From a virus (taxonomy: Duplodnaviria > Caudoviricetes), in the IMG/VR virus record IMGVR_UViG_3300033067_001279, positions 1 through 50,029 of that record: a DNA stretch of 50,029 nucleotides; one strand, 5' to 3'. The notes beneath the pieces are model-generated. The model was not told the DNA's origin. It made no database searches and worked only from the letters and a program-made list of their open reading frames with translations. The position numbers and the translations under genes were made by a program. Shown here piece after piece: positions 7,939-16,945 of the stretch; the first letter of the stretch is position 1; each line of letters opens with the position of its first letter.

Positions 7939-9062
7939 ATCTCCATGTAGGCGCCGATCACCTGGGCTGCTGCTTGCGCGACGATCGCGTTGCCGTAGGC
8001 GCGCAGTCGTCCCACGCGGGCGGGAGCCCCATGAGCCAGCGGGAATGTGCCGGGTTCAACTGGCCGCCATTTTCCATCCCTGCAGAAGAGCCAGTCAGCA
8101 TCTCGCCAGATGCCGTTAGTCGGGCGGGGCCTGCCACCGTGCAGAGCTCCACCGTCTTCCGGCTGCTGTCGTTGTTGCCCGCTGCGTTGTAACCGTTCTG
8201 AGCCGGCGTCCCCGCCATCGGTGTCGGCCAACCCGCGAGGTTCGCCTGCCTCGGCAACTGGTCGAATCGCTCCGAGCCGTCCGCTCTCGGCCTGATGTCC
8301 GCTCCGCTGTCCTTCCAGTCCCGGGTGGTGGTGGTCACCCAGCCCGCCAGTTGCGCCACCGGGTTCAAACTCACCGTTGCCTTGCTGCCGTCCGGTCTGC
8401 GCCCGGTCGCGCTGGCGTCCTTCGCCATCTGCGAGCCGTCCGCGTTTGCCTTCGTCGGGGTCGGCCAGCCCGCTATCGCAGCATCCGCTGACAACGCCCC
8501 GCCGGCCTGGTTCGGCCCGCCGTTCTTCCCGTCCGTCGCGCGTGGCGTGTTCCAGCCTTTCTCCGACGAACCAGAGCCGCTGTCTGATGTGCGGCGCGCC
8601 GACGCCCGCAGCGCACAAATCTGCCGCCCCAATGGCGTAGCCCGATGCTTCCATGTCAGCGCATACAGCGTCGAGCCACCCGAGGCCGTCCTTGCTCGCA
8701 ACCTACTCTCCAAAGACGACTGGAGGGCGGCACTCTGCGATGAGCCGATGGAAGACGGGCCAGAGGTGGCGCTCGTCTTCGAAGCCCTTGCCCTTGCCAG
8801 CGGCACTGAATGGCTGGCAGGGACATGAGCCGGTCCAAACAGGTCGATCGTCTGTCCATCCTGCAAGACGGAGGGCGTGGCTCCACACTCCAATCCCGGC
8901 AAAGAAATGGCATTGGGTAAATCCTCTGAGGTCATCAGCCCCAACATCGACAATTGATCGTGAGTCGACTTCGCCATCTGCTATGTGCCCCTGCCGGATA
9001 AGGTTGCGCAGCCAGTCGGCCGCGTATGGATCATATTCGTTGTAATAGGCTTTCGGCTTCAC
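7935..9062 (-). pseudogene. C5-cytosine methyltransferase main frame interrupted by an in-frame TAG at 8703..8705
   Basis: ORFs 8703..9062 and 7935..8654 share one frame: HFFAGIG (motif I), GSCPCQPFS (IV), VFGE*VASK (VI), PHIRQRLW (VIII), RLRAYGNAI (X). Confidence 0.85.
7958..8977 (-). CDS. Overlapping alternative-frame subunit of the C5 MTase (motif IX-bearing, WPTP repeats)
   Basis: 339-aa open frame nested in the MTase; repeated GW(P/N/V)T(P/T) units and [13 protein letters not shown], resembling motif IX; same arrangement as the M.EcoHK31I alpha/beta genes. Confidence 0.75.
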   Translation of the reverse strand: MAKSTHDQLSMLGLMTSEDLPNAISLPGLECGATPSVLQDGQTIDLFGPAHVPASHSVPLARARASKTSATSGPSSIGSSQSAALQSSLESRLRARTASGGSTLYALTWKHRATPLGRQICALRASARRTSDSGSGSSEKGWNTPRATDGKNGGPNQAGGALSADAAIAGWPTPTKANADGSQMAKDASATGRRPDGSKATVSLNPVAQLAGWVTTTTRDWKDSGADIRPRADGSERFDQLPRQANLAGWPTPMAGTPAQNGYNAAGNNDSSRKTVELCTVAGPARLTASGEMLTGSSAGMENGGQLNPAHSRWLMGLPPAWDDCAPTATRSSRKQQPR

Positions 9063-9087
9063 GTCTCATCCCTCCCCCTGCGGATTT

Positions 9088-9693
9088 TCATTGGTCGCGC
9101 CTCAGCCAGCGGACTTCGGGCGAGCCGTCATAGCCATGCAGCCACACGTACCATGCGAAATCCGCGGTGCCGTTGCCGGGCTTCACGCCGGCGTCGACCA
9201 TGCTGCCCGGCGGCATCGAGGGCCGCGGCGTCAGAAACCACACCCGGCGCAGGCCCGTCTTCTCCAGCCAGCGGGATCTTTGGTCGGACTGGATCCACTT
9301 CGACGGCAGAAGCAGGGCCACCTTGTGGGTGCTCCGCTCAAGACACCGCTCGACAAATGGATAGGTGCCGGCGCGCTTGTCGTCGCACAGCGCGAACGGC
9401 GGGTTGCTGACGATCGACTCCCACCGTCCGGAGCAGGCCTCGAGCCAGTCGCGTTCGATCGCCAGTGCGGGGTTGCGCACGACCAGATCCGAGCCCTCCG
9501 CCACATAGCCGGCGGCGTGGGCGTTGCGCACGATGGCGCCGGAGCCGGCCGCCGGGTCAAGGATCCTGCCGCGGAACTGCTCCACCTCGAAAAGGCGCGC
9601 CGAACACCATGACGGCTCGCGATAGTAGTCATGGGGATCTCGCTTCCAGATCGAGGCGTCCCGTTTGCGCAGGGGTCCGGCGTCCATGCTCAA
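9088..9693 (-). CDS. SAM-dependent DNA methyltransferase-like protein (probable N6-adenine)
   Basis: ILDPAAGSGAI (motif I) followed by IVSNPPF (motif IV); FAWYVW tail. Confidence 0.8.
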   Translation of the reverse strand: MSMDAGPLRKRDASIWKRDPHDYYREPSWCSARLFEVEQFRGRILDPAAGSGAIVRNAHAAGYVAEGSDLVVRNPALAIERDWLEACSGRWESIVSNPPFALCDDKRAGTYPFVERCLERSTHKVALLLPSKWIQSDQRSRWLEKTGLRRVWFLTPRPSMPPGSMVDAGVKPGNGTADFAWYVWLHGYDGSPEVRWLRRDQ

Positions 9694-9884
9694 TCCGTCC
9701 TTTCGTTGTCGATGTGGTTGCGGCCGGCGAGCAGATCGCCATACTCCCCGATGAGGGCGGCCCAGTCCTCTCGGGTCATAGGGATGGCGGCAATCTGGGA
9801 ATATCTGTCCCTGATGACGAGGCGCACCGGCCAGTTGTTGCCATGCTGCTCGAGGTGGATCTCGAACTCATCGCATCGAATCAT
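9690..9884 (-). CDS. Small hypothetical protein
   Basis: Coupled both sides; AGGAA RBS. Confidence 0.55.
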   Translation of the reverse strand: MIRCDEFEIHLEQHGNNWPVRLVIRDRYSQIAAIPMTREDWAALIGEYGDLLAGRNHIDNERTD

Positions 9885-10483
9885 CGCATGTTCCTTTCCT
9901 CGTTCTCAAAGCGGGCTTCCGCCTGGCGGAAAAGCGGGCCTTGTTTCACGTGAAACGCTGGGTCGATGGCGCCGCAGGCATAGGCCAGGAGCCCCAGGGC
10001 GTCGGCGGAATCATTACCCTCTACCAGCCAGCCGCGCTTGTGACATTCCGCCACGGCGCGCTCCTTGAGCCATACGCGGCGCTGATGCTTGACCAGGCCG
10101 CGCGGCGCCTCGGCCGAACCCAGGAACGATGCCCGCCATTGCGAGGGAGTTACCACCGTGAACTCGACCGGCTGGGCTTTCTGCGTGGTGCAGAGGTGGG
10201 CCACCGTCGAGGCCATGCCAAGCTGCCCATATTTGGCGATGAGCAGCGAGAGATCTTCGCGGTGGTCAGGCTGGAACGTGTTCTCGAGGACAAGGTGGGT
10301 GACCTTGAGCTCCGTCACCTTCTCGCCCAGCCATGAAAACCATTTCCAAAGCAGCTCGCCCTCCCGGTCGTTCCAGGAGGGCAGCACGTAGCGGCCCCAG
10401 GTGGGAGTGGCCTGGCCGTGCCGGAGGTGGGCCCATCCGGTCGATGTCATGGACTGGTCTACCGCTAAAACTGACCAGTTCAT
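9881..10483 (-). CDS. RuvC-like Holliday junction resolvase
   Basis: VLAVDQSMTSTGWA, LVLE, VTPSQWR, NDSADAL: RNase H-fold acidic catalytic pattern. Confidence 0.8.
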   Translation of the reverse strand: MNWSVLAVDQSMTSTGWAHLRHGQATPTWGRYVLPSWNDREGELLWKWFSWLGEKVTELKVTHLVLENTFQPDHREDLSLLIAKYGQLGMASTVAHLCTTQKAQPVEFTVVTPSQWRASFLGSAEAPRGLVKHQRRVWLKERAVAECHKRGWLVEGNDSADALGLLAYACGAIDPAFHVKQGPLFRQAEARFENEERNMR

Positions 10484-11004
10484 TCCACCCTCGCAAATTC
10501 ACCGAAATACTTGGCGGCCGCAGCTCGATACGCTTGGGCGGCGGCCTCTTTGCTCTCATGTCGGCCTAGATAAATCGGCCGTTTATCAACTTGGATTTGC
10601 GCAAGCCACCGCCGCGGGTTGTGAGGGCAACGGCTGACACCCTTAAAGCCAGAAGTGTTGTCTTTGCGCTTACGGGCATTGCGGGCGTTCTGAGTGCGGG
10701 TAGCCTCACGCAGGTTGTCGATACCGTCTCCAGCCTCAACCCCCCTGATATGATCGAGAAACGGCGGCCATACCCCATGAACCCAAAACCAAATAATGCG
10801 ATGGCGCGCCACCGTGACGCCATCAATGGTCACAAGCACATACCCATTACGGTTAGGCTTTGCCCCCGCCACCTTTCCCGCATCGCGGTTGTTGTCACAC
10901 GGCCGACGGTGCGGCCGATGCTTCCACACAAGAGTTCCAGCGTTAGCGTCGACCACTACAGCTTGATCAATTTGCTCTCGAGAAAGATGGCGGGGAGCTG
11001 TCAT
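10480..11004 (-). CDS. HNH endonuclease with C-terminal AP2 domain (homing endonuclease type)
   Basis: HRIIW...LDHI...NLREATRTQNARN plus NTSGFKGV...WLAQI...YLG...EAAAQAY...FGEFA; codon usage visibly more AT-rich. Confidence 0.92.
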   Translation of the reverse strand: MTAPRHLSREQIDQAVVVDANAGTLVWKHRPHRRPCDNNRDAGKVAGAKPNRNGYVLVTIDGVTVARHRIIWFWVHGVWPPFLDHIRGVEAGDGIDNLREATRTQNARNARKRKDNTSGFKGVSRCPHNPRRWLAQIQVDKRPIYLGRHESKEAAAQAYRAAAAKYFGEFARVE

Positions 11005-11570
11005 TGCATGGCGTCCGCGGGCTCGGGGGCGTTCTTGGCGAGGAAGCGGTTCTTGAGGATGTCCTGGCCCCTGTTCCAGCCGCGGAGCCGGGCCTGGCCG
11101 ATCGGCGTACTGGCATCATACCGCTCCGGCTCGATGCCCGGGCCCTTGTTGCCCTCGATGCCGTCGCGATAGGCCTCGTTTTCGGCGGCCGTCTCGACAT
11201 CCAGCTTGGCGGCGATGTCCTTGAACAAGTCGCCCTGGGTGCCGGCCGGCGCCAGGCCCATCCATTCCGCATATTGCACTTCGCGGCGGATCTCGGCCTG
11301 CACGGTTTCCGGCTCGAGCTCGCGCATCTTGATCATGCGATCGAGCGAAGCCAGGTTGAGGCCGGCGTCATTGGCCGCGCGGCGTATGTCCTTCATCACC
11401 TTGCGCTCGGCCAGGATCTTGGCCTGCTGCCGGACGATCGCCCCGATATGGTAGTGGAAGGTTTCCGCGTCGGGCTGATTCGAGGCCGCCGGCGCCGCCG
11501 CAACCCTTGGTGGCTTGGCGGTTTTGTCCTTTAGAATGCGCGGTTTCTTAGGCTCCAGGGTCTGGACCAT
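11001..11570 (-). CDS. GapR/DUF2312-like DNA-binding protein with an RMF-like C-terminal motif
   Basis: KDIRRAANDAGLNLASLDRMIKMRELEPE...QYAEWMGL matches the GapR pattern; EAYRDGIEG...LRGWNRG tail. Confidence 0.65.
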   Translation of the reverse strand: MVQTLEPKKPRILKDKTAKPPRVAAAPAASNQPDAETFHYHIGAIVRQQAKILAERKVMKDIRRAANDAGLNLASLDRMIKMRELEPETVQAEIRREVQYAEWMGLAPAGTQGDLFKDIAAKLDVETAAENEAYRDGIEGNKGPGIEPERYDASTPIGQARLRGWNRGQDILKNRFLAKNAPEPADAMQ

Positions 11571-11611
11571 GGGCTTTCTCCATTGCTGTTGAAGGCCTTC
11601 ACGTTCTCACG

Positions 11612-11697
11612 CTGCGACAATCTGCGCAATCGTTTTCCGTTGCTCTGATCACAGTTTTCTAGGCATGCTGTCAGCGCCACAACACGCAAAAGGAGGC
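11612..11697 (+). promoter_or_regulatory. Divergent control region; putative promoter for the recombination operon
   Basis: CGTTTTCCG-TTGCTC-N18-CATGCT resembles the early cassettes (GGTTTTNCC-TTGCA); AAAAGGAGG RBS. Confidence 0.5.
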
Positions 11698-11703
11698 ACA
11701 CGG

Positions 11704-12705
11704 ATGCAATCCACACATGACCTGGACCCGGCCAAAATCGTGCCCGGGATCTACTTCGGCTTGCCCGAAGACATTTACCACGCCGCGCCCTGGATCGGCT
11801 CGAGCTCGGCCAAAAAGCTCTATGCCTGCCCGCCGGATTATTGGTTCGAGAGCAACATGAACCCGCTCCGTGAGGCTGATGAACCGACCTTCGCCCAGAG
11901 TTTCGGGCGCGCCTTGCACCACCGGATCCTGTATGGCGAGGCGGCGTTCGTGCGGGACCATCAGTTCATCGAGAAGACCACCGGCGAGAGCGTCAGTGCC
12001 GAGGATCTGAAAACCTTCATCAAGGAGCAAGGCGGGGTGCCGGCCAAGCTCAAGGCGGAGAACGAGAGATACGTCCGCGATGAGCTCAAGGTCAACCTGC
12101 TGACCGAGCATACCTATCAGCGCATTATGGTGGCGGCCGCCCACATCACCAAGAACCCCCACCTCGCCCTCGCCTTCACCAACGGCTATCCGGAGGTGTC
12201 GGTCTTCTGGCATGAGGAGGGCGGTGTTCCCTGCAAAGCCAGGTGGGATTACTGGAAGGCACGGGCGATCGTTGACTTGAAGTCTTTCCGGTCCAAGGAG
12301 CGGATCCGGAGCCTCGATGAGATCGTGCTCCAGGATCTTTTCAACTATCGCTATGACATCCAGACGGCCTGGTATCTCCGCGGCCATGAGCGCGCCGGCG
12401 AGCTGCTCGAGGCCGGCAAGGTGTTCGTGGCGCCCGGAGCCACGGCGCCGGCGGCGGACTGGATGGCGAAATCCCTGCGGGAAAAGTCGCATTGGGTGTT
12501 CATCTTCTTCCGGGCCGATGGCATGCCGGTGGCCAAGAGCTACCAGATCCCCAACGGCTCACCCGCCCATGAGGCCGGCAAGGCGGCCATGAGGCTGGCG
12601 CTCGACAACTACCGCGACAACCTGGCGAAGTTCGGAACGGATGCCTGGGTCAATGTCGACGAACCGTTTATCATCGCGGAAGAAGATATGCCCAAGTGGC
12701 TTTAG
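11704..12705 (+). CDS. RecE/exonuclease VIII-like PD-(D/E)XK nuclease (DUF3799-like)
   Basis: GIYFGLPEDIYHA...SSS; FGRALH; EVSVFW...CKARWD...IVDLKS...YDIQTAWY; next to RecT. Confidence 0.88.
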   Translation: MQSTHDLDPAKIVPGIYFGLPEDIYHAAPWIGSSSAKKLYACPPDYWFESNMNPLREADEPTFAQSFGRALHHRILYGEAAFVRDHQFIEKTTGESVSAEDLKTFIKEQGGVPAKLKAENERYVRDELKVNLLTEHTYQRIMVAAAHITKNPHLALAFTNGYPEVSVFWHEEGGVPCKARWDYWKARAIVDLKSFRSKERIRSLDEIVLQDLFNYRYDIQTAWYLRGHERAGELLEAGKVFVAPGATAPAADWMAKSLREKSHWVFIFFRADGMPVAKSYQIPNGSPAHEAGKAAMRLALDNYRDNLAKFGTDAWVNVDEPFIIAEEDMPKWL

Positions 12706-12802
12706 CCGTCCGGAGCACTACCGCCCGTCGATCAGTTGGACGTTAAACTAAAGGGGCGTGACAACCGGGAACAGACCGGCACTCAACCACAGGAGAAAAG
12801 CA

Positions 12803-13705
12803 ATGCCGAACGATGACAGAATGATGCCGGCCCCGGTAGGCAGCCGGGAAGGCTACGACCTCCAGATCTCGACGGGCGGCGTGGTCATGCCATCGCTGCT
12901 GGGCGATATGGTGGATTTCGCCAAGATCATGTGCAAGTCGGATGTCGCCATTCCGAAGCACCTCCGCGGCAACCCGGGCGCCTGCCTGGCGGTGGCGATG
13001 CGCGCGCGGGCCTGGATGATGGATCCTTTCGCGGTGGCCACCAAAACCTATGCGGTGAATGACATCCTGGCTTATGAGAGCCAGCTCATCACCGCGGTGA
13101 TCAACAGGCACGCCCCGATCAAGGGCCGCCTGGTGCCGCGCTACACTGGGACGGGCCCCGATCGCCAGTGCCTCATCGAGGCAACCACGCATGACGGCCA
13201 GGTGCTCCCCTACGAGAGCCCGAAGGTCAAGGATATCGGCGTGAAAAACTCCCCGCTCTGGAAGAATGATCCGGACCAACAGCTCTTTTATAGCTCGGCC
13301 CGGGCCTGGGCGCGGCGCTATTTCCCGGAGCTGCTCCTCGGCGTCTATGACGTGGACGAGGCCCGGAGCATGCGAGACGTGACGCCCACGGAGCCGGCGA
13401 AGGTCGACAACTTCCTCCACGATGAGCCGGCGCCCCTGGCCGCGAAAGTCAACTTCGAGGCCGGAGCGGTGAACGAGGTTGACCCGGAGACGGGCGAGAT
13501 CCTCGAGGTGGTGGACGAGGAAAAGCCGGATCCCGAGCTGATCGCCCGCAACCTGACCAAGGCGGCCGCGAGCTTTTCCTCCCTGGCCATGTTCGAGGCC
13601 TGGCTCGAGGAGGAGCGCGAGGCGATCGCCGCGGTGCCGGCCGAGCTCCGCGGCCCGCTTGAGAACGCCATCAACGCCACGCGCAACGATCTCAGGGGGC
13701 TGTAA
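12803..13705 (+). CDS. recT: RecT-family single-strand annealing protein
   Basis: IPKHLRGNPGACLAV...MDPFAVA...YESQLI...NSPLWKNDPDQQLFY...RAWARRYFPELLLGVY; AGGAG RBS. Confidence 0.9.
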   Translation: MPNDDRMMPAPVGSREGYDLQISTGGVVMPSLLGDMVDFAKIMCKSDVAIPKHLRGNPGACLAVAMRARAWMMDPFAVATKTYAVNDILAYESQLITAVINRHAPIKGRLVPRYTGTGPDRQCLIEATTHDGQVLPYESPKVKDIGVKNSPLWKNDPDQQLFYSSARAWARRYFPELLLGVYDVDEARSMRDVTPTEPAKVDNFLHDEPAPLAAKVNFEAGAVNEVDPETGEILEVVDEEKPDPELIARNLTKAAASFSSLAMFEAWLEEEREAIAAVPAELRGPLENAINATRNDLRGL

Positions 13706-13905
13706 TGCGGAAGGTGGATCCGATCGGCTTGGCGAAGGCCATCCTATGGGAGGAGGCCAAGGGCAAGTTGCGCGCCATGGTGGCCGCTGATGGCGCGGAG
13801 CAAGGCGGGCCCCGCGATGAAAACGGAGACTTCCATTTCCAGAAGGTCAAGCGGGAGGTGGATGGCTTCATCAAGACCATAGAAGACGAGGGGTTACACG
13901 AATAA
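13705..13905 (+). CDS. Small hypothetical protein
   Basis: TAATG coupling; WEEAKGKLRAMV. Confidence 0.65.
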   Translation: MRKVDPIGLAKAILWEEAKGKLRAMVAADGAEQGGPRDENGDFHFQKVKREVDGFIKTIEDEGLHE

Positions 13906-14021
13906 TGGCCAAGCGTTTCGGACGAAATCAGCGGCGGAAGCTCATGGCCGAGGTGGCGAGGTTCATCGGCAGGGAGATTGCCCACTATCTGACGGTAAAT
14001 AGCAATGCCCCCGCACGCTAA
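13905..14021 (+). CDS. 38-aa basic peptide (below the ORF-track cutoff)
   Basis: TAATG coupling; MAKRFGRNQRRKLMAEVARFIGREIAHYLTVNSNAPAR. Confidence 0.45.
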   Translation: MAKRFGRNQRRKLMAEVARFIGREIAHYLTVNSNAPAR

Positions 14022-14433
14022 GCCGGCAAAGCGGCGGAAGATCCGGATTGGATCCTCACCCACCTATCTCGACCTGATCCGCCAGCTTCCCTGCATCCTG
14101 TCCGGGCGGCCGGCCGAGGCGGCTCACATCCGATATGCTGATTCCCGTTTCGGAAAGACCGAGACGGGGGCCGGCCGCAAGCCTGATGATATGTGGTGCC
14201 TGCCCCTGGCGCCGGAGCTGCACCGGCTGAACATCGGTTGCCAGCATGACGCCGGCGATGAGCGGGCGTGGTGGGCACAATGGGGCCTCGAGCCGCTCGA
14301 GATCTGCCAGCGCATGCAGGGCAAGACGCGGCTCCAGATGGAACGGATCATCATCATGGCCTCTCCCTGGGATCCCGCCGTCAAGGCCAAGGTACTGGCC
14401 ATCCTGCGCAATGAGAGGCGAAAAAATGGCTGA
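14005..14433 (+). CDS. DUF968-like HNH-type nuclease-fold protein
   Basis: YLDLIRQLPC...EAAHIR...GRKPDDMWCLPL...H...QH...ERAWW. Confidence 0.75.
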   Translation: MPPHAKPAKRRKIRIGSSPTYLDLIRQLPCILSGRPAEAAHIRYADSRFGKTETGAGRKPDDMWCLPLAPELHRLNIGCQHDAGDERAWWAQWGLEPLEICQRMQGKTRLQMERIIIMASPWDPAVKAKVLAILRNERRKNG

Positions 14434-15082
14434 CCGGCCAATCATCTTCTCCGCGCCCATGATCCGCGCCATCCTCGATGGCCGCAAAAGCATGACCCGG
14501 CGGATCCTCACGCCGCAGCCCGCGCAATGGGAGGCCCGCGTCATCGACATCACGCCGCCCTTTTTCTGCGAGGAGCTGGGCGGCTGGGGCCAGTCCGAAA
14601 CGATCTGGAGCGGGCCGCTGATTCCCGGCATGTGCGAGCCCGAGCGGGAGGTATGGCGGCCGCTCAAGCTGCCCGCTGTTGAGGGTGATCGCCTATGGGT
14701 GCGGGAGAGTTTCAACGTCATCGAAGGTGGCCCAATCCGGGACGCTGCCGGTGGGCAGATGGATTATGCCGACGCTGAAATCTACTACCGCGCCAGCACG
14801 CCGGATGCGTGCCGCTGCTGGCGGCCCTCGATCTACATGCCGCGGTGGGCCTCGCGGATCACGCTGGAGGTTACTGGCGTCAAGGTCGAGCGGTTGCAGG
14901 AGATCAGCGAGGCGGACGCGGAGGCCGAGGGCTGCGAGGAAGGCTACTGCACCGTTGACGGCATAGCGGAAGGATGGTCGGCGAAATCGGATTTCGCGCG
15001 CCTCTGGAACTCGATCAACGGCCCCGGCGCATGGGAGGCGAACCCTTGGGTGGTGGCGATTTCCTTCGCGAGGCTGCCGTGA
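14426..15082 (+). CDS. ASCH/PUA-like phage protein
   Basis: PIIFSAPMIRAILDGRKSMTRR...GDRLWVRE...WRPSIYMPRWASRITLE...EADAEAEG...NPWV. Confidence 0.85.
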   Translation: MADRPIIFSAPMIRAILDGRKSMTRRILTPQPAQWEARVIDITPPFFCEELGGWGQSETIWSGPLIPGMCEPEREVWRPLKLPAVEGDRLWVRESFNVIEGGPIRDAAGGQMDYADAEIYYRASTPDACRCWRPSIYMPRWASRITLEVTGVKVERLQEISEADAEAEGCEEGYCTVDGIAEGWSAKSDFARLWNSINGPGAWEANPWVVAISFARLP

Positions 15083-15291
15083 CCGATCTCCGGGATGTCT
15101 ATGGCACATGCGCCAAGGTGCCGTGCCTCTGCCTGCGTGGCCAATGGCTCGGCCGCCTCTGTGTGTACTGGACCCCAATGGGCCCGGCAAACCCCGATGA
15201 ACTGGCGCGGCATTGGGCCACATCGACACACACCACGCACCCCGCCACAACCGAACAACTGCAAGAGGAGAAAGACCATGAGAATTGTTGA
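15079..15291 (+). CDS. Small Cys-containing hypothetical protein
   Basis: GTGA coupling at 15079; MTDLRDVYGTCAKVPCLC...; fills the gap to the ATPase gene. Confidence 0.45.
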   Translation: MTDLRDVYGTCAKVPCLCLRGQWLGRLCVYWTPMGPANPDELARHWATSTHTTHPATTEQLQEEKDHENC

Positions 15292-16549
15292 ACTGCGCGC
15301 CGAGAACATCAAGCGGATCTCGGCCGTCACTATCCGCCCAGAGGGCGCCCTGGTCGAGATAACCGGCCGCAATGAACAGGGCAAGAGCTCGGTGCTCGAT
15401 TCCATCTGGATGGCCCTGGGCGGTGCCGAGGTGATGGATCCCCAGCCCATCCGCAAGGGCGCCGATGAGGCGGTGATCTCCCTGGACCTGGGCGAGCTCA
15501 AGGTAACCCGCAAGCTGCGCCGCAAGGATGACGGCGTGTCTACTTCCCTAGTGGTCGAGACGCCGGACGGCATGCGGCCCAAGAGCCCCCAGACCATGCT
15601 TAACGAGCTGGTCGGCAAGTTCACCCTAGATCCACTGGCCTTCTCGCGGATGAAGCCGGCGGAGCAGTTCGACGCCATGAAAGCCCTGGTGCCAGGCTTT
15701 GACTTCGACCGCTCGATGCTCGAGGACAAGGCGGATTATGAGAAGCGCACCGCCGCCAACCGTCGGGCGAAGGAGACGCGGGCCGCGGCGGAGGCGATCG
15801 TGGCCGAAGCCGTCGAGCCCGTCGACGAGGCGCCCATCCTTGCGGATCTCGCCCGGGCCGGCGATCACAACGCCGGGATCACCGAGCGCAAGGCGCGGCG
15901 GGAGGCGGTGAAGGCTGAGGCGGCCGCACACCGGAAACGGCTGGACGACACCGAGTCCGAGATCAAGATCCTCCAGGACCGGATCCTCGAGCTCCGCGCC
16001 CGGGTGGTGGAGCTGGACAAGATGGCCGGCGCCCTCGAGGACAAGATCGCCGCGGCGCCAGTCCTGCCGGAGCCGCTGGACACGGCCGAGCTCGCCCAGC
16101 AACTCGAGGCGGCCAAGAAGCGCAACGCCGCGGCGGCCGCCTGGACCCAGCGCCAGAGCCTCCTCAAGCAGGCCGAGGACTTCGAGGGCACGTCAAAGAC
16201 ACTGACGGCCGCCATGGAAGCCCGCGCACAGAAGCGCGCGGAGGCCATTGCAGCGGCAAAGCTGCCGGTCGAGGGTCTTACCCTGGGCGATGGCGAGATC
16301 CTTGTGGACGGCCTCCCCTTCACGCAGGCGGCGGCCTCCAAGAAGATCCGGATTTCCGTCGCCCTGGCCATGGCCCTCAATCCCAAGATCCGGGTGCTCC
16401 GCATCATGGATGGGAGCCTCCTTGATAGCGATGCCATGAAGGTGATCGCGGACATGGCGGAGGCCGCTGACTTCCAGGTGTGGATCGAGCGGGTCGATGA
16501 CCGCTCGCCCAGCGCCATCGTCATTGAAGACGGCCACCTCAAGGCCTGA
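15278..16549 (+). CDS. SMC/Rad50-like coiled-coil ATPase
   Basis: LRAENIKRI, Walker A ITGRNEQGKSSVLDSI, long coiled coil, VLRIMDGSLLD; GAGGAG RBS before ATG 15278. Confidence 0.88.
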   Translation: MRIVELRAENIKRISAVTIRPEGALVEITGRNEQGKSSVLDSIWMALGGAEVMDPQPIRKGADEAVISLDLGELKVTRKLRRKDDGVSTSLVVETPDGMRPKSPQTMLNELVGKFTLDPLAFSRMKPAEQFDAMKALVPGFDFDRSMLEDKADYEKRTAANRRAKETRAAAEAIVAEAVEPVDEAPILADLARAGDHNAGITERKARREAVKAEAAAHRKRLDDTESEIKILQDRILELRARVVELDKMAGALEDKIAAAPVLPEPLDTAELAQQLEAAKKRNAAAAAWTQRQSLLKQAEDFEGTSKTLTAAMEARAQKRAEAIAAAKLPVEGLTLGDGEILVDGLPFTQAAASKKIRISVALAMALNPKIRVLRIMDGSLLDSDAMKVIADMAEAADFQVWIERVDDRSPSAIVIEDGHLKA

Positions 16550-16585
16550 CGTGCAGACAACCACAACCACATAAGGGGAAAGACC

Positions 16586-16945
16586 GTGCAAACAAGTTAC
16601 ATTGAGATCATGCAAACCGCCGAGCGCCTGGTGCAGCGGGCCACCGAGTTCTCGACGGCGGCCGAGGCGGTGACGGCGATGCTGCGCACCCATCGCCAGG
16701 ATTTGGCCGACACCCAGGACACGATCGCCGCGCGCTTCGAGCAACTCCGCGTCACGCTCACCGAGGACGAGGCGGCTTACAAGGCGAAATTCGAGACGCT
16801 GTTCAAGGAGCTGGATCAGGCGATCGCCGCGATCGAGGGGATCGAGCCGGTGGCCGACAAGCCGGCAAGCGGGGGCCCGGCCGAAGGTGGCGGCGCTGGC
16901 GGCACACCAATGGCCGCGGTGACCGCGGAGGTGCCCAATGGCTAA
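16586..16945 (+). CDS. Helical hypothetical protein
   Basis: AAGGGG RBS, GTG start, coding-like composition. Confidence 0.65.
   Translation: MQTSYIEIMQTAERLVQRATEFSTAAEAVTAMLRTHRQDLADTQDTIAARFEQLRVTLTEDEAAYKAKFETLFKELDQAIAAIEGIEPVADKPASGGPAEGGGAGGTPMAAVTAEVPNG

Noticed and set aside
8703-8705. Genome-wide TAG-to-Gln recoding (genetic code 15)
   Set aside because: TAG ends intact genes (recE-like at 12703..12705, i-spanin at 18025..18027), other long genes are uninterrupted, and no suppressor tRNA was seen.
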